A stretch of DNA of 64,000 bases, from the NCBI GenBank assembly GCA_024226315.1, contig JAAELT010000565.1:10305-74304 (forward strand), written 5' to 3'. Both the position numbers and the translations under genes were made by a program. This document shows positions 1 through 11,919 of this stretch, one piece after another (the first letter of the stretch is position 1; each line of letters starts with the position of its first letter). The stretch comes from a bacterium. Lineage in GTDB: Bacteria > Acidobacteriota > Thermoanaerobaculia > Multivoradales > J023. The notes under the pieces are model-generated. The model was given only the letters and a program-made list of their open reading frames with translations. It was not told the DNA's origin and searched no databases.

Positions 1-1520
1 GACTCGAGCGCGTAGAGGGCGAGGATCAGATCGGCCAGGCTGGCGAGCACGATCTGGTGACGCTCGGCCTTGCGGCCCAGCTTCTTGATCGCGACACCCC
101 CGCAACGTCCGATCACCCACCGCAACTGGCCGATCAGTGCCGGGACGCCCGGCCCCGCTTCCGGTGCCGTCTTGCGGCCGAGCGCGAGCAGCGCTTTAGC
201 CGCTGGATCGCCCTTCCATGCCTCTTGCAGAAACTTGCCGGCGATCAACAGGCGGTTGATCTCGCTGGTGCCCTCGAAAATGCGGTTGACCCGGACGTCA
301 CGGTAGATCCGGCTGACCGCGTACTCCTCCATGAAACCGTAGCCGCCGTGGATCTGGAGTGCTTCGTCGGCAACTTTCTGCACCGTCTCCGACCCGAGAA
401 CCTTGATGATGGCGCTCTCCACCGCGTGCGCCTTGAGCACCCTGACGGCGTCTTCGGGCGCGGCTTCGGCCAGCCCGTCCGGAAGCCCCCTGTCTACCGA
501 CCTGCTGGTGCGCAGAGCGGTGGCTTCGAGCGCAAAGAGCCGGGCCGCCATGTCTGCGAGCTTCTCGCGGATGAGCTCAAGCTCGCCGATCGGCCGGCCG
601 AACTGGCGGCGAACCGCGGCATGAGTCGCCGCCAGCCGCAGCGCTTCCCGGCCGTAGCCGAGCGATCCGAAGGCGAGTTTCATACGGCCGACGTTGAGGA
701 TGTTGAAGGCCACCCTGTGCCCGGCGCCGACCTCACCGATCACGTGATGGTGAGGGATCTCGACGCCCTCGAAGGAAACCGACGCGGTCGGCGAGCCGCG
801 CAGGCCCATCTTCTTCTCGGCTGGGCCGGCGGTGACTCCCGGTGTTTCCGCGGCTACGACGAACGCCGTGAAGGCTTCTCCGTCGACCTTGGCGAAAACC
901 GTGTAGAGACCGGCGATACCGGCGTTGGTGATGAACTGCTTTTCCCCGTCGAGCACCCAGCCACCCTCCCCGCTGACGGCTCGAGATCGCACGGCGAGGG
1001 CGTCGGAGCCGGCTTCCGTCTCGGTCAGAGCGTATGCGCCGATGCGCTCGGCGGACGCCAGCTCGGGTAGGTAGCGACTCTTGAGCCGCTCCGAGCCGAA
1101 CAGAACGAGGGGCAGCGTTCCGATCCCGAAGTGGGCACCGATCGACGTGGAGAAGGATGCTTGCCGGGCGATCTCGGCCGTCACCAGCAGGGAGCTGGTC
1201 AGATCGAGGCCGAGACCACCATGACGTTGCGGCACCTCCATACCCGTGATGCCCAGCTCCCCGGCGCGGCGAAACAGATCGAGCAGCACCTCCCGGTCGC
1301 CGAGCTCGATGGCCTCGCTTCGCGGCAGAACCTCTCGATCCACGAAATCCCGGACCGACTGCATCATCAGCCGCTGTTCTTCAGTGATCTCTCCGCCGGC
1401 TCCGGCCGCGCTCGCGGGTAGCGGAGCCGCAAGCGTTCCCGATGCCGCTTCCGGTTCTCGTTTGCGGATCACCTTCTCCAGGAAGCCCTTCACTCCGTAC
1501 TCCTTCCTTTCAGCCAACAT
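1..1520 (-). CDS. acyl-CoA dehydrogenase (3-prime end runs off the window)
   Basis: Absent from the ORF track because there is no stop in the window. My reverse translation from the ATG at 1520-1518 reads [16 protein letters not shown]...[14 protein letters not shown]...[16 protein letters not shown]...[36 protein letters not shown], which are typical ACAD motifs. The listed + ORF 57..1070 is its antisense shadow. Confidence 0.85.
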   Translation of the reverse strand, partial: MLAERKEYGVKGFLEKVIRKREPEAASGTLAAPLPASAAGAGGEITEEQRLMMQSVRDFVDREVLPRSEAIELGDREVLLDLFRRAGELGITGMEVPQRHGGLGLDLTSSLLVTAEIARQASFSTSIGAHFGIGTLPLVLFGSERLKSRYLPELASAERIGAYALTETEAGSDALAVRSRAVSGEGGWVLDGEKQFITNAGIAGLYTVFAKVDGEAFTAFVVAAETPGVTAGPAEKKMGLRGSPTASVSFEGVEIPHHHVIGEVGAGHRVAFNILNVGRMKLAFGSLGYGREALRLAATHAAVRRQFGRPIGELELIREKLADMAARLFALEATALRTSRSVDRGLPDGLAEAAPEDAVRVLKAHAVESAIIKVLGSETVQKVADEALQIHGGYGFMEEYAVSRIYRDVRVNRIFEGTSEINRLLIAGKFLQEAWKGDPAAKALLALGRKTAPEAGPGVPALIGQLRWVIGRCGGVAIKKLGRKAERHQIVLASLADLILALYALE

Positions 1521-1560
1521 CCCAGGCGTCTCACGAGCAGCTGACGATGACGACGACGAG

Positions 1561-1608
1561 CACAAACAACCTAAAGCGAGTAGAATTCGATTGTCAAGCG
1601 TTACTCGG
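1561..1608 (-). promoter_or_regulatory. conserved promoter/operator box S1 (TTGACA -35 on the minus strand), paralogous to box S2 at 6734..6781
   Basis: 48 nt align with 6734..6781 at about 37/48 identities. The minus strand reads CTTGACAATCGAATTCTACTCGCTTTAGGTT, about 50 nt upstream of the acyl-CoA dehydrogenase ATG. The box lies in the divergent region shared with the activase gene. Confidence 0.5.
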
Positions 1609-1639
1609 GTTTCCCCGCGCGCGAAAGAAGGTGTAGGCG

Positions 1640-2557
1640 ATGGATGCCACGGCCGGCGAAGCTGCACGCGGGTTGATCTTCGACGTCCAGCGATACTCGG
1701 TACACGACGGGCCGGGGATCCGAACCACGGTCTTTCTCAAAGGCTGCCTGCTGCGCTGCGCCTGGTGCCAGAACCCCGAGTCCTTGCGGCCACACCCCGA
1801 AGTCGCGTTCTACGCCGACCGCTGCCGCGAGCTCGGCCAATGTCTCGCGGTATGCCCTCGCGACGCTCTGCAGCCCGATACGGAGCGGGTGGTGCGGGAT
1901 CGCTGTGATGCCTGCGAGCTGTGTGCGGCGGCTTGCCCCCACGGCGCCTTCGAGGTCGTGGGCAGGAGGGTAGCGGCGAACGAGCTCGTGGAAGAAGTTC
2001 AGCGCGACCGGGCCTTCTTCGAGGCCTCCGGAGGAGGCGTGACCCTCTCGGGTGGAGAGCCGACCCTTCAGATGGCTTTCGTCGGAGCCTTCGCGCGGCT
2101 CTGCCGGGATCTCGGTCTCCGTGTCGGTCTCCAGACCTGCGGTGCCTTCGGCTGGGCTGCGCTCGAGCCTCTGCTGAGCGATTTCGAATTCGTGCACTTC
2201 GATCTCAAGATCATGGACCCCCAGGATCACCGGCGGTGGACGGGGGCCGACAACCGGAGCATCCTGGAGAACGCGCGCCGGCTGGCGGCCGGGGAATGGC
2301 CGGTGGAGTTCCGGATGCCGGTGATTCCGGGTCGCACCGACTCGCTCTCGAATCTGGAATCTGTGGCCGCCTTCCTCCACGAGCTCCGGGTCGAGAGAAT
2401 CCGCCTGCTCGCCTATCACCGGCTGGGAGAAGCCAAGCTCCCCCGCCTCGGGTACCCGATCCCGCCCCTCGGATCGGCGCCCGAGCCGAACGGGAAAACC
2501 CAGCTCGAAGCGGCCCGAGAACATCTGCGAGGTCTTGGACTGGAGGTGCTCACGTGA
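1640..2557 (+). CDS. glycyl-radical enzyme activating protein (radical SAM, PflA family with two extra ferredoxin-type clusters)
   Basis: The CX3CX2C motif is in [11 protein letters not shown]. Two further Cys clusters are [12 protein letters not shown] and [12 protein letters not shown]. The stop overlaps the downstream GTG (GTGA). Confidence 0.9.
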   Translation: MDATAGEAARGLIFDVQRYSVHDGPGIRTTVFLKGCLLRCAWCQNPESLRPHPEVAFYADRCRELGQCLAVCPRDALQPDTERVVRDRCDACELCAAACPHGAFEVVGRRVAANELVEEVQRDRAFFEASGGGVTLSGGEPTLQMAFVGAFARLCRDLGLRVGLQTCGAFGWAALEPLLSDFEFVHFDLKIMDPQDHRRWTGADNRSILENARRLAAGEWPVEFRMPVIPGRTDSLSNLESVAAFLHELRVERIRLLAYHRLGEAKLPRLGYPIPPLGSAPEPNGKTQLEAAREHLRGLGLEVLT

Positions 2558-4965
2558 TCCGGCCGTCAATCCACTCCGGCGACTCTGGGCAGAAAACACC
2601 GGAACCCCTCGCGCTCAGCGAACGTGTGCGGCAGATCCACGAAACGATCCTCAGGGCAGCTCCGGCGCTCTGTGCGGAGCGGGCGCTGCTGGTGACGCGC
2701 TACTTTCGCCGACGGACCGACCGTGCCGAGCCGAGGGTGGTACGCAAGGCCTCGGCGTTGGCCTATTTGCTCCGCAACAAGAAAGTCAGAATCTACCCGG
2801 GGGAGCGCCTGGTAGGGTGTTTCACCTCCTACCGGGTGGCGGGCGGGCTCTATCCGGAGCTGCACGGAGTCGCGATGATGGAGGATCTTTTCCGCTTCGA
2901 CAAAAGGGCGGTCAACCCGATCCGTGTCGATCCCAAGGCTCGCCGGCGGCTGCTGCTCGAAGTCCTCCCCTATTGGCTGCCACGCTTCGTCGCCCTGCGG
3001 TCGTTTTCGCCGCTCGGAGCGCTCGCCTTCGTCCTCGATCAGCTGTCACCGGCGTCGTACGTCGTCAACGAGACCGGCGGGGTCTCCCACTTCGTGCCCG
3101 ACTATGCCGGGCTCGTCAGCCGGGGCACCGAAGGCTTTCGCCGGCAGGCCGCCTCCCGGCTGGCGGAGCTGGGCGTCGACTCTCCCGCCGGTCCCTTCCT
3201 CCGCTCGGTGGCGCTGGTTTGCGACGCCCTGGAAGCTTTCGCAGACGGCTATCGCCGGGCGGCGCAGAAGCTCGCGAGCCGGGAGGCGGACGGTGTGCGC
3301 AGACGGGAGCTCGAGAGGATCGCAGAGATCTGCTCTCGGGTCCCCCGGAAAGGCGCCGGCACGTTCCATGAGGCCCTTCAATCGATCCTCTTCGCCCAGA
3401 TCGCACTCAATCTCGAATCGCTCGACAATGGCGTGAGCCCCGGTCGGCTGGACCAGATCCTGGGCCCGTTCTACCAGCGGGACCTGGCGGCCGGGGTCCT
3501 CGACCGCGAGGACGCGTTCGAGCTTCTGGGCTGCTTCGCGCTCAAGCTGTGCGAGATCGTGCCTGTCTTCTCGGAGCGGACGACCAGGATCCACGGCGGA
3601 ATGATGAACGGCCAAGCCGTCGTCGTGGGCGGGACCGACGCCGAGGGCAAGGACGCTTCGAACGCGGTGACGGATCTCTTGCTCGACTTGATGGACCGCC
3701 TGCGCACCCGGCAGCCGAACTACCACGCCCGTCTCCACCGCTCGAGCCCCGCGGGTTACCAGCTGCGGATCGCGAGGGCGCTGGCCGGCGGCGCCGGCTC
3801 GCCGGCGCTCTACAACGACGAGGTGATCGTGCCCATCCTGCGGGCCCAGGGCATGACCGAGAGGGACGCGCGCGACTACGCCACCGTCGGCTGCGTCGAG
3901 CCGGTGGCCGCCGGCAAGAGCTTTCAGTCCACCGACGCCGCGCTCTTCAACCTGCCCCTCTTTCTCGAGCTCGCTCTGAACCGGGGACGACGTTTCGGCT
4001 CCTGGCGGCGCATGGGGCCCAAGACCCCTCGGGCTGAGACGTGCAGCTCCATCGATGAGGTGATCGAGCTCTTCCGTGCCCAGCTCGAGCACGGCGTCGC
4101 TCGCCTCCTGCGCGCCTTGGCGGCGATCGAAGACGGCAATGCCCGGTGGCACCCGACGCCGCTGACCTCGATGCTGCTTCGAGGCTGCCTGGCCACCGGT
4201 CGGGACGCCACGCATGGAGGTGCGCTCTACAACGGAAGTGGCATCCAGGGCGTCGGCGTGGTGGAGGTGGGCGATAGCCTGGCGGCCTTGGAGGCGGTGG
4301 TCTTCCAGCACCGCAGAGCCTCCCTCCGCGAGGTCGTCACGGCGTGTCGACAGGGTTTTCGGGACTGCGACGCGCTCCGGGCGAGGCTCCTGCGAAGCCC
4401 GAAATTCGGCAACGACGACCCGCGTGCCGACCGTTTCGTGGGCCGAGCGATGGAGCTCTTCGCCGCCACTCTCGAGGGCCGAGAGAACCGTCGCGGAGGG
4501 CCCTATGTCGCGGGCTTCTATTCGATGACCGCTCACCAGGCCTTCGGCAGCCTGGTCGGTGCGCTGCCCAGCGGCCGGTTGCCGGGGACGGCTTTCTCCT
4601 CGGGATTGTCGGCCGGACCCGGTTGCGACCGCCGCGGACCCACCGCGGCCCTCTGCTCGGTGGCGAGCCTACCCTTGCACCGGGCGCCCAACGGGGTCAA
4701 CTTCAACCTCAAGCTGGCGCCGTGGTCGGTGGCCGAGCCCGCCTGGTTGCAGGGCCTGGTCCGGGGCGGCTTTGCCGCCGGCGCCATGCAGATGCAGATC
4801 AACGTGATCGACCCGAAGATCCTCATCGAAGCGCGCGACCACCCCGGCCGCTACCCAGGCCTGCTGGTCCGGATCTCGGGCTACTCGTCGTACTTCGACG
4901 ACCTCTCCCCCGAAATGAAGCAGGAGGTGATCGATCGCACCCTGTGTGAAGCGGTCGCAGGCTGA
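2554..4965 (+). CDS. glycyl radical enzyme, PFL2/dehydratase-like group, substrate unknown
   Basis: In-frame GTG at 2554 overlaps the activase stop. The upstream 211 codons of track ORF 1921..4965 overlap the activase gene and look non-coding. Thiyl-Cys loop is TVGCVEP. The C-terminal glycyl-radical motif is LLVRISGYSSYFDDL. Confidence 0.9.
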   Translation: MIRPSIHSGDSGQKTPEPLALSERVRQIHETILRAAPALCAERALLVTRYFRRRTDRAEPRVVRKASALAYLLRNKKVRIYPGERLVGCFTSYRVAGGLYPELHGVAMMEDLFRFDKRAVNPIRVDPKARRRLLLEVLPYWLPRFVALRSFSPLGALAFVLDQLSPASYVVNETGGVSHFVPDYAGLVSRGTEGFRRQAASRLAELGVDSPAGPFLRSVALVCDALEAFADGYRRAAQKLASREADGVRRRELERIAEICSRVPRKGAGTFHEALQSILFAQIALNLESLDNGVSPGRLDQILGPFYQRDLAAGVLDREDAFELLGCFALKLCEIVPVFSERTTRIHGGMMNGQAVVVGGTDAEGKDASNAVTDLLLDLMDRLRTRQPNYHARLHRSSPAGYQLRIARALAGGAGSPALYNDEVIVPILRAQGMTERDARDYATVGCVEPVAAGKSFQSTDAALFNLPLFLELALNRGRRFGSWRRMGPKTPRAETCSSIDEVIELFRAQLEHGVARLLRALAAIEDGNARWHPTPLTSMLLRGCLATGRDATHGGALYNGSGIQGVGVVEVGDSLAALEAVVFQHRRASLREVVTACRQGFRDCDALRARLLRSPKFGNDDPRADRFVGRAMELFAATLEGRENRRGGPYVAGFYSMTAHQAFGSLVGALPSGRLPGTAFSSGLSAGPGCDRRGPTAALCSVASLPLHRAPNGVNFNLKLAPWSVAEPAWLQGLVRGGFAAGAMQMQINVIDPKILIEARDHPGRYPGLLVRISGYSSYFDDLSPEMKQEVIDRTLCEAVAG

Positions 4966-5001
4966 GACCACGGCCATCCCAGGCGTCCCGCGAGCAGCCG
5001 C

Positions 5002-6060
5002 TCAGGAAGGATCGCTCGTCGAAGCGGCCGGAGTCACCACCATGCGAACCGGATCACCGACGCGACGCTCGAGACCTTCCAGCGCTTCGTTGATCTTCTC
5101 CAGTGGCCACCTCTGGGTCACCGACTGCGAGACGTCGAGCCGGCCTTCGGCCGTCAGCCGGAGGACTTCCTCCATATCCTTACGAGAGAAGCCCATCGAT
5201 CCCATGACGGTGAGCTCGGCGCCGACGAAGACCCGCAGCGGCGGCAGCTGCACCCGATCGGTGCCCACCCCGACGACGATCAGGCGACCGCCACGCCGAA
5301 GACTCTTCATGGCCTCCACCACGGTGCTTGCCCTGCCCACGCACTCCAGGGCCAGATCGACGCCTTCGCCGCCGGTGAGCTCGCGGATGGCTCGAGCGGG
5401 GCTCGCGCCGGTCGCGTCGATGATCTCGTCGGCCCCCGCCTCTCCGGCGCGACGCAGGGCTCCTTGCTCCAGATCGACCGCCAGGATCCGTCCCGCTCCG
5501 AGCAGCTTGGCCAACTTGACGGCGTGATGGCCCACTCCCCCGCAGCCGAATACGGCCAGGGTTTCCCCGGCTGCCAGATGAGCCCGACGGGTCAGAGCAT
5601 GGTAGGCGGTGGACACCGCATCGGTGAGAATCGCTCCCTGATCGAATGGAATCTCCTCGGGTAGAGAGAGCAGGCAGTCGGCACGGATCTTCAGGTACTG
5701 TGCAAAGCCTCCGTCGAGATGAAGCCCGAGCACCCGGGTGCTCGGGCACAAAGCCTCGCTGCCACCGGTACACGATGGGCAAATACCGCAGGGCTCATGG
5801 GGATAGACCGCGACCCGGTCACCCGCCTTCCAGCCCGCCACCTCCCGGCCGACCCGATCGACGACCCCGGCCGCTTCGTGACCCAGGGTGATCGGGACTC
5901 TCTCCGGCCGGATCGACCCTTCGTGCACGATGTGGAGATCCGTGCCGCACAGACCGCAGGCCTCGACCGCGACCAGGACCTCCCCCGGGCCGAGATCGGG
6001 AATCGGCGTTTCTACCAGATCCAACGGCTGGCGAGCGTTCGAGAAGCGGGCCGCCAGCAT
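5002..6060 (-). CDS. zinc-dependent alcohol dehydrogenase (MDR family)
   Basis: Internal ATG at 6060 gives MLAARFSNARQPL... Motifs are GHEAAGVV, the structural-zinc cluster CGICPSCTGGSEALC and the Rossmann motif VFGCGGVGH. The N-terminal 238 aa of track ORF 5002..6777 overlap the TetR gene in another frame. Confidence 0.85.
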   Translation of the reverse strand: MLAARFSNARQPLDLVETPIPDLGPGEVLVAVEACGLCGTDLHIVHEGSIRPERVPITLGHEAAGVVDRVGREVAGWKAGDRVAVYPHEPCGICPSCTGGSEALCPSTRVLGLHLDGGFAQYLKIRADCLLSLPEEIPFDQGAILTDAVSTAYHALTRRAHLAAGETLAVFGCGGVGHHAVKLAKLLGAGRILAVDLEQGALRRAGEAGADEIIDATGASPARAIRELTGGEGVDLALECVGRASTVVEAMKSLRRGGRLIVVGVGTDRVQLPPLRVFVGAELTVMGSMGFSRKDMEEVLRLTAEGRLDVSQSVTQRWPLEKINEALEGLERRVGDPVRMVVTPAASTSDPS

Positions 6061-6065
6061 CGTCT

Positions 6066-6701
6066 TCACGAGTCTTTGTCCTGGCTCTGCCGGCCGGCCA
6101 TACCGCCCAGCAACACCCCGAGCGCCGCCTCGAGCTCCGTCTCGGTGGGGTGGGCCGCGGCACCGAGGCTGATTCGGGAGTCGCGCAACACCATGAGCCC
6201 GACGAACGCGGCCCAGAAGAGATCGGCGGCGAGCCGGCCGTCGCTCTTGGAGGTCGGGTCCTCGAAGAAAGAGGCCAGGCGGCGCAGATTGTCGCCGGTG
6301 CGGCGCACGACCTGAGCCTTGACCTCGTCCGTCACCGCCGCCGTCGCCTGCGGATGGGCGAGATAGCCGAAGACCTGGATGTACTCCGGATGTTCGCGGC
6401 GCACTTCCCCGAAGAAGCTCCAAAGCCGAGCCAGCCGCTGGCGGCGGGGAACGTCCAAAGCCTGGATCTCGTCGAGCCCCCGGGCCATGAAATCGATCCC
6501 TTCGAAGAGTAGCGAGGTGAAGATCTCGTCTTTGCTCTTGAAGTAGTGGAAGAGCGTCGCCTCGGAGAACTCGCACCGTTCGGCGATCGAGCGTGTCGTC
6601 GCCCCGGCGAAACCGCGTTCCCTCACCAGGTCTCGGGTGGCGCCGAGCACGGCGTCCAGCCGAGCTTGTCGTTCCCGCTGGCGTCGTTCCTTGATTCCCA
6701 T
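6066..6701 (-). CDS. TetR/AcrR family transcriptional regulator
   Basis: N-terminal HTH reads LVRERGFAGATTRSIAERCEFSEATLFHYFKSKDEIF. It lies 5 nt upstream of the ADH gene on the same strand. Confidence 0.9.
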   Translation of the reverse strand: MGIKERRQRERQARLDAVLGATRDLVRERGFAGATTRSIAERCEFSEATLFHYFKSKDEIFTSLLFEGIDFMARGLDEIQALDVPRRQRLARLWSFFGEVRREHPEYIQVFGYLAHPQATAAVTDEVKAQVVRRTGDNLRRLASFFEDPTSKSDGRLAADLFWAAFVGLMVLRDSRISLGAAAHPTETELEAALGVLLGGMAGRQSQDKDS

Positions 6702-6733
6702 CGATCCAATCTCCTTCGTCGCCGGAAGTCCGG

Positions 6734-6781
6734 CACTGAAAACCTAGATCGAATAGAGTTCGATTGTCAAGTGACACTCGG
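6734..6781 (-). promoter_or_regulatory. conserved promoter/operator box S2 with perfect dyad ATCGAA-N5-TTCGAT
   Basis: The minus strand reads CTTGACAATCGAACTCTATTCGATCTAGGTT. The -35 is TTGACA and the dyad ATCGAATAGAGTTCGAT (6746..6762) sits in the spacer. It is about 45 nt upstream of the TetR ATG and divergent from the thioesterase gene. Confidence 0.5.
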
Positions 6782-6848
6782 TCGGTGCAAACGGTGTCAG
6801 ACCAGCCGAACGAACAGGATTCAATCCCCCCCGCCGAGAGGAGCGCAG

Positions 6849-7286
6849 ATGGTCGAAAAGCTCTACGAGTTACCCCGCGAGGAACTGGAACGGATTTTCA
6901 GCGCGGCACCTTTCGTGGCGAACCTCGGGATTCAATTGACGTCCCTGGGCCCGGGGGAGTGCGAAACACGACTCGAGATCGGACCTTCTCACTTGCAGCA
7001 GGACGGTTTCGTTCACGCAGGCGTTCAAGCCACCATGGCGGATCACACGGCTGGAGGAGCGGCCGCGACGTTGATCGGGCCGGGGGAGGTCGTTCTCACG
7101 GCGGAGCTCAAGATCAACCTCTTGAGAGCCGCCAGAGGCCGGACGCTCAGGTGCTTGTCCAAGGTCCTCAAACCAGGTTCACGGCTCACGGTTGTGGAAT
7201 CCGAGGTCTTCTGCGAATCCGAGGAGGACCGCAAGCTGGTGTCGAAAACGACGGTAACCATAGCCGTCGTCAAGAACGGTCGATGA
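6849..7286 (+). CDS. PaaI-family hotdog-fold thioesterase
   Basis: Internal ATG at 6849 gives MVEKLYELPREELERIF...GFVHAGVQATMADHTAGGAA...SEVFCESEEDRKLVSKTTVT. Size is about 145 aa. Confidence 0.8.
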   Translation: MVEKLYELPREELERIFSAAPFVANLGIQLTSLGPGECETRLEIGPSHLQQDGFVHAGVQATMADHTAGGAAATLIGPGEVVLTAELKINLLRAARGRTLRCLSKVLKPGSRLTVVESEVFCESEEDRKLVSKTTVTIAVVKNGR

Positions 7287-7341
7287 TAGGGCTCGGAGGG
7301 TCGAGCTGGCGGCCAAATACGCCTGGCTCAGAGCTCGGCTC

Positions 7342-7638
7342 TCACAAGAACTCGAGCATCCCCGGCCGCGTCAAGACGTCGGCGAGCACGAAAGCGCCGA
7401 AGATCAAGAGCCAGAAGAAGCCGCCGACGGCGGCCATCTTGATCAGCGGGGTCGCCCCCTTGACGTGCATGAAGAAGACCACCACCAGGCTCGCCTTGGT
7501 CATCGCGATCAAGAGCGCCACCAGATCGCTCCACGGGTGGCCGAAGTCCCACAGGGCAGCGCCGTAGGTGACCCAGGTAAGGATCAGCAGGCCCACGAGG
7601 ACGAAGACGTAGGGCTTTAAGCTGTGATGTTCGGACAT
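7342..7638 (-). CDS. cytochrome c oxidase subunit IV (prokaryotic small subunit)
   Basis: 98 aa with three hydrophobic helices and the motif ALLIAMTKASLVVVFFMHVK. It lies directly downstream of subunit III. Confidence 0.75.
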   Translation of the reverse strand: MSEHHSLKPYVFVLVGLLILTWVTYGAALWDFGHPWSDLVALLIAMTKASLVVVFFMHVKGATPLIKMAAVGGFFWLLIFGAFVLADVLTRPGMLEFL

Positions 7639-7687
7639 GGCTCGGTTTCCGTCGCGCCAGAGGCGGGCAAATGTTATTCAGTAGTCC

Positions 7688-8359
7688 TCAGTGGGTGGCG
7701 AGGCCGATCAGGTAGAGGAACGGGAACAGGAAGATCCACACGATGTCGACGAAGTGCCAGTAGAGGCCGAAACCCTCGACGAAGTTGTGGTTCTGAGGCG
7801 TCCACTTGCCGCGCCACGCCGGGCGCAGCATGAAGAGCATGATGCCGATGCCCACCACCATGTGCAAGGCGTGCATGCCGGTCATCGCGAAGTACAGGCA
7901 GAAGAAGATCTCGACCGGCCGCCCCACCCCTTCACCGTGCCACTCGAAGTAGGGCCCGGGCACCAGGTGGTGCTGCCACTTGGCGCCGTACTCGAAGTAC
8001 TTCACGCCCAGGAAGATGCCGCCGAAGAGGATGGTCAACAGCAGCCCGTAGACGATCCACTTGCGATTGCCTTTCTTGGCGGCGGTGACCGCGATCACCA
8101 TGGTGAAGCTCGAGATCAGGAGCACAGTGGTGTTGACGGCGCCGATCATGACGTCGAGCTGGCGGCTGCCGGCGGCAAAGGCGTCGCCGTAGAGCGACCG
8201 GTAGGTGACGTAGACGACGAACAGGCCGCCGAAGAACATCACCTCCTGGACGAGGAACAGCCACATCCCCAGGAACGAGCTGTGTTTCTGCTGCTCGTAG
8301 CTCTCGAAGTGGTGGGCGAGACCCGGGGGGTGGGCGGCCGCGGCGCTGGAATCTGACAA
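7688..8359 (-). CDS. ctaE: cytochrome c oxidase subunit III
   Basis: 223 aa polytopic protein with HHFESYEQQ, FYWHFVDIVWIFLF-type motifs (GLYWHFVDIVWIFLFPFLY). Confidence 0.9.
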   Translation of the reverse strand: MSDSSAAAAHPPGLAHHFESYEQQKHSSFLGMWLFLVQEVMFFGGLFVVYVTYRSLYGDAFAAGSRQLDVMIGAVNTTVLLISSFTMVIAVTAAKKGNRKWIVYGLLLTILFGGIFLGVKYFEYGAKWQHHLVPGPYFEWHGEGVGRPVEIFFCLYFAMTGMHALHMVVGIGIMLFMLRPAWRGKWTPQNHNFVEGFGLYWHFVDIVWIFLFPFLYLIGLATH

Positions 8360-8375
8360 CTCTACTTCTCCTTCC

Positions 8376-10036
<1,661 letters not shown>

Positions 10037-10040
<4 letters not shown>

Positions 10041-11026
10041 TCCGGTGATTCCCCGGTCGACTCGGCGGAGGCCTCCGCGGATGTCTCCGCGCCAGGGGCG
10101 CCACCGAGCGACTTGACGTAGGAGATCAGCTGCAGCAGGCTCACCTCGCTGAGCTGTCCTTGATAAGTAGGCATGATCTGCAGGTAGCCCTCGACCACCT
10201 GGGAGGCGGGAGTCAGGATCGATTGGCGCAGGTAGTCGTCATCGCGAATGCCGGTGGTGCCGTCCGTGAACCGCGTTTCCTGGCCATAGATGCCCACCAG
10301 CGAAGGACCGCGGCCGGAGCCGTCCTCGAGGTGGCAGGTATTGCAGATGTGCTGCTCGAAAAGCGTCGCGCCGAGGTCTTTGGGCGCCTCGGCCGGCGCG
10401 CCGCCGGCCAGCCAGGCCTGGTAGTCGTCGGGGTCCATGACGGTGACCCAGCCGATCATCCGCGAGTGGTGGGAGCCACAGTATTCGGTGCAGAACAGGT
10501 GATACCTGCCGGTTTTGCTGGCCTCGAACCAGACCGTGGTGTAACGGCCGGGCACCACGTCCTGCTTGACCCGGAAGGCGGGCACGAAGAAGCTGTGGAT
10601 GACGTCTTCCGACGTCATGGTCAGCTTGATGGTCTCGCCCAGCGGCACGTGCAGGGTGTTGATCTCGCGTTGCCCCTCGGGATGCTGGAACTTCCACATC
10701 CACTGCTTGGCGGTGGCGAAGTACTCGGTGGCGTCCTCGGGCACGGTCTTCATCTCGATGAAGATCACCGCGCCCCACACGAAGAGCACCATGGTGATGA
10801 CCAGCGGGATCACCGACCAGACCACCTCGAGCATCATCGAGCCGTGAGCCCGGGCGCCCACTTCGCCGGCGTGCCGGCGGCGGAAGCGGATGAAAAAGAA
10901 GAAGATGACGACCGCGATCAGGAGCGAGAAAAAGGCGCTCATCGCCAACGCGAAGAAATAGAGCGCATCGACCTTCGAGGCGATGGTCGATGCCTGCTCC
11001 GGGAACAGCGAGAACTCGGGGCTCAT
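10037..11026 (-). CDS. ctaC: cytochrome c oxidase subunit II fused to a C-terminal cytochrome c (caa3 type)
   Basis: Start reset to the ATG at 11026 ([11 protein letters not shown]...). CuA site is HSFFVP...[13 protein letters not shown]-terminal heme site is CNTCH. The upstream part of track ORF 10037..11998 is an alternative frame of the SCO gene. Confidence 0.9.
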
Positions 11027-11919
11027 CGCGAGGCGGCTCCTAGGGTGGAGGAAGGATGCAGCGCGAGTCGTTCTCGGCGCCACATGACGAAGAAGAAGAT
11101 GCCCAGCGCGATCAGGAAGACGACGCCGGCGAGACGCAGGATCCGGGTGATGACGGCGGTGTACTTGCCCAACTCGGGGTCGTAGCGGAAGCAGTAGAGC
11201 AGGATCTGGTCGACCACCGAGCCGATACGGTTCTCCGACGCCTCGACCAGCGCCAGGCGTACGTGCTTGGGCGCGAAGTCGAGGCCGTAGAAGTACTGGG
11301 ACAGTGTGCCTTCGGGGCTGGCCACGATCATGCCGCTGGCGTGCGCGTATTGATACCCTTTGCGCCCCTCCAGGGCGACATCTCCCTTGCCCCCCTCCGG
11401 GGTGACATCGTTCTCGGGCACGTAGGCGAAGCGGAAGCCCGCCGCCTTGGTGAGGCGTGCGACCGACTCCTCGGTGCCGAGCAGGAAATGCCAGCCCGGC
11501 GCCGTCTCTTCGCGGCCGTAGCGCTTGACCGTGGCGCGCTTCGACTCGAGCGCCATCTCGGGTGTCTCGCGGGGGTCGATCGAGACCGCCACCACGTCGA
11601 ACTCCTCGCCGACCCGAAACTGGAGCACGTTCAAGGTCTTGGCCACCCCGTTCAGCACCATCGGGCAGAGCATGGGGCAGTCGTAGTAGACGAACACCAG
11701 AACCACTGGTTTCTCGCCGAAGTAGTCGCCGAGGGTGACCTCGCGGCCCCGTTCGTCGACGAACCGCAGGTCGAGCGGCAAGGTCTCGCCCAGGTGCTGG
11801 TCGAAGCCGACCTCCTTGAGCGGGCCGGGCATGGCCTGCGGATCGACCAGGCCGCCCTCGCCCCAGGCGGGCAGGGCCAGGAGGAAGAGGAGCAAGCCGG
11901 ATGCAGTCGAGAGTCTCAT
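11023..11919 (-). CDS. SCO1/SenC family copper chaperone
   Basis: Start reset to the ATG at 11919 (MRLSTASGLLLFLLALPAWG). The thioredoxin-fold CxxxC is in VFVYYDCPMLCP. There is a C-terminal membrane helix. Confidence 0.85.
   Translation of the reverse strand: MRLSTASGLLLFLLALPAWGEGGLVDPQAMPGPLKEVGFDQHLGETLPLDLRFVDERGREVTLGDYFGEKPVVLVFVYYDCPMLCPMVLNGVAKTLNVLQFRVGEEFDVVAVSIDPRETPEMALESKRATVKRYGREETAPGWHFLLGTEESVARLTKAAGFRFAYVPENDVTPEGGKGDVALEGRKGYQYAHASGMIVASPEGTLSQYFYGLDFAPKHVRLALVEASENRIGSVVDQILLYCFRYDPELGKYTAVITRILRLAGVVFLIALGIFFFVMWRRERLALHPSSTLGAASR

Noticed and set aside
57-1070. 337-aa plus-strand ORF at the left edge.
   Set aside because: It is the antisense shadow of the acyl-CoA dehydrogenase gene, whose minus-strand translation carries clear family motifs. 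The ORF's composition is Arg/Ala/Gly/Pro-dominated.
1921-2553. N-terminal 211 codons of the 1014-aa track ORF for the glycyl radical enzyme.
   Set aside because: This stretch overlaps the activase gene in another frame and is Arg/Gly/Pro-rich. An in-frame GTG at 2554 overlaps the activase stop, and family similarity begins there.
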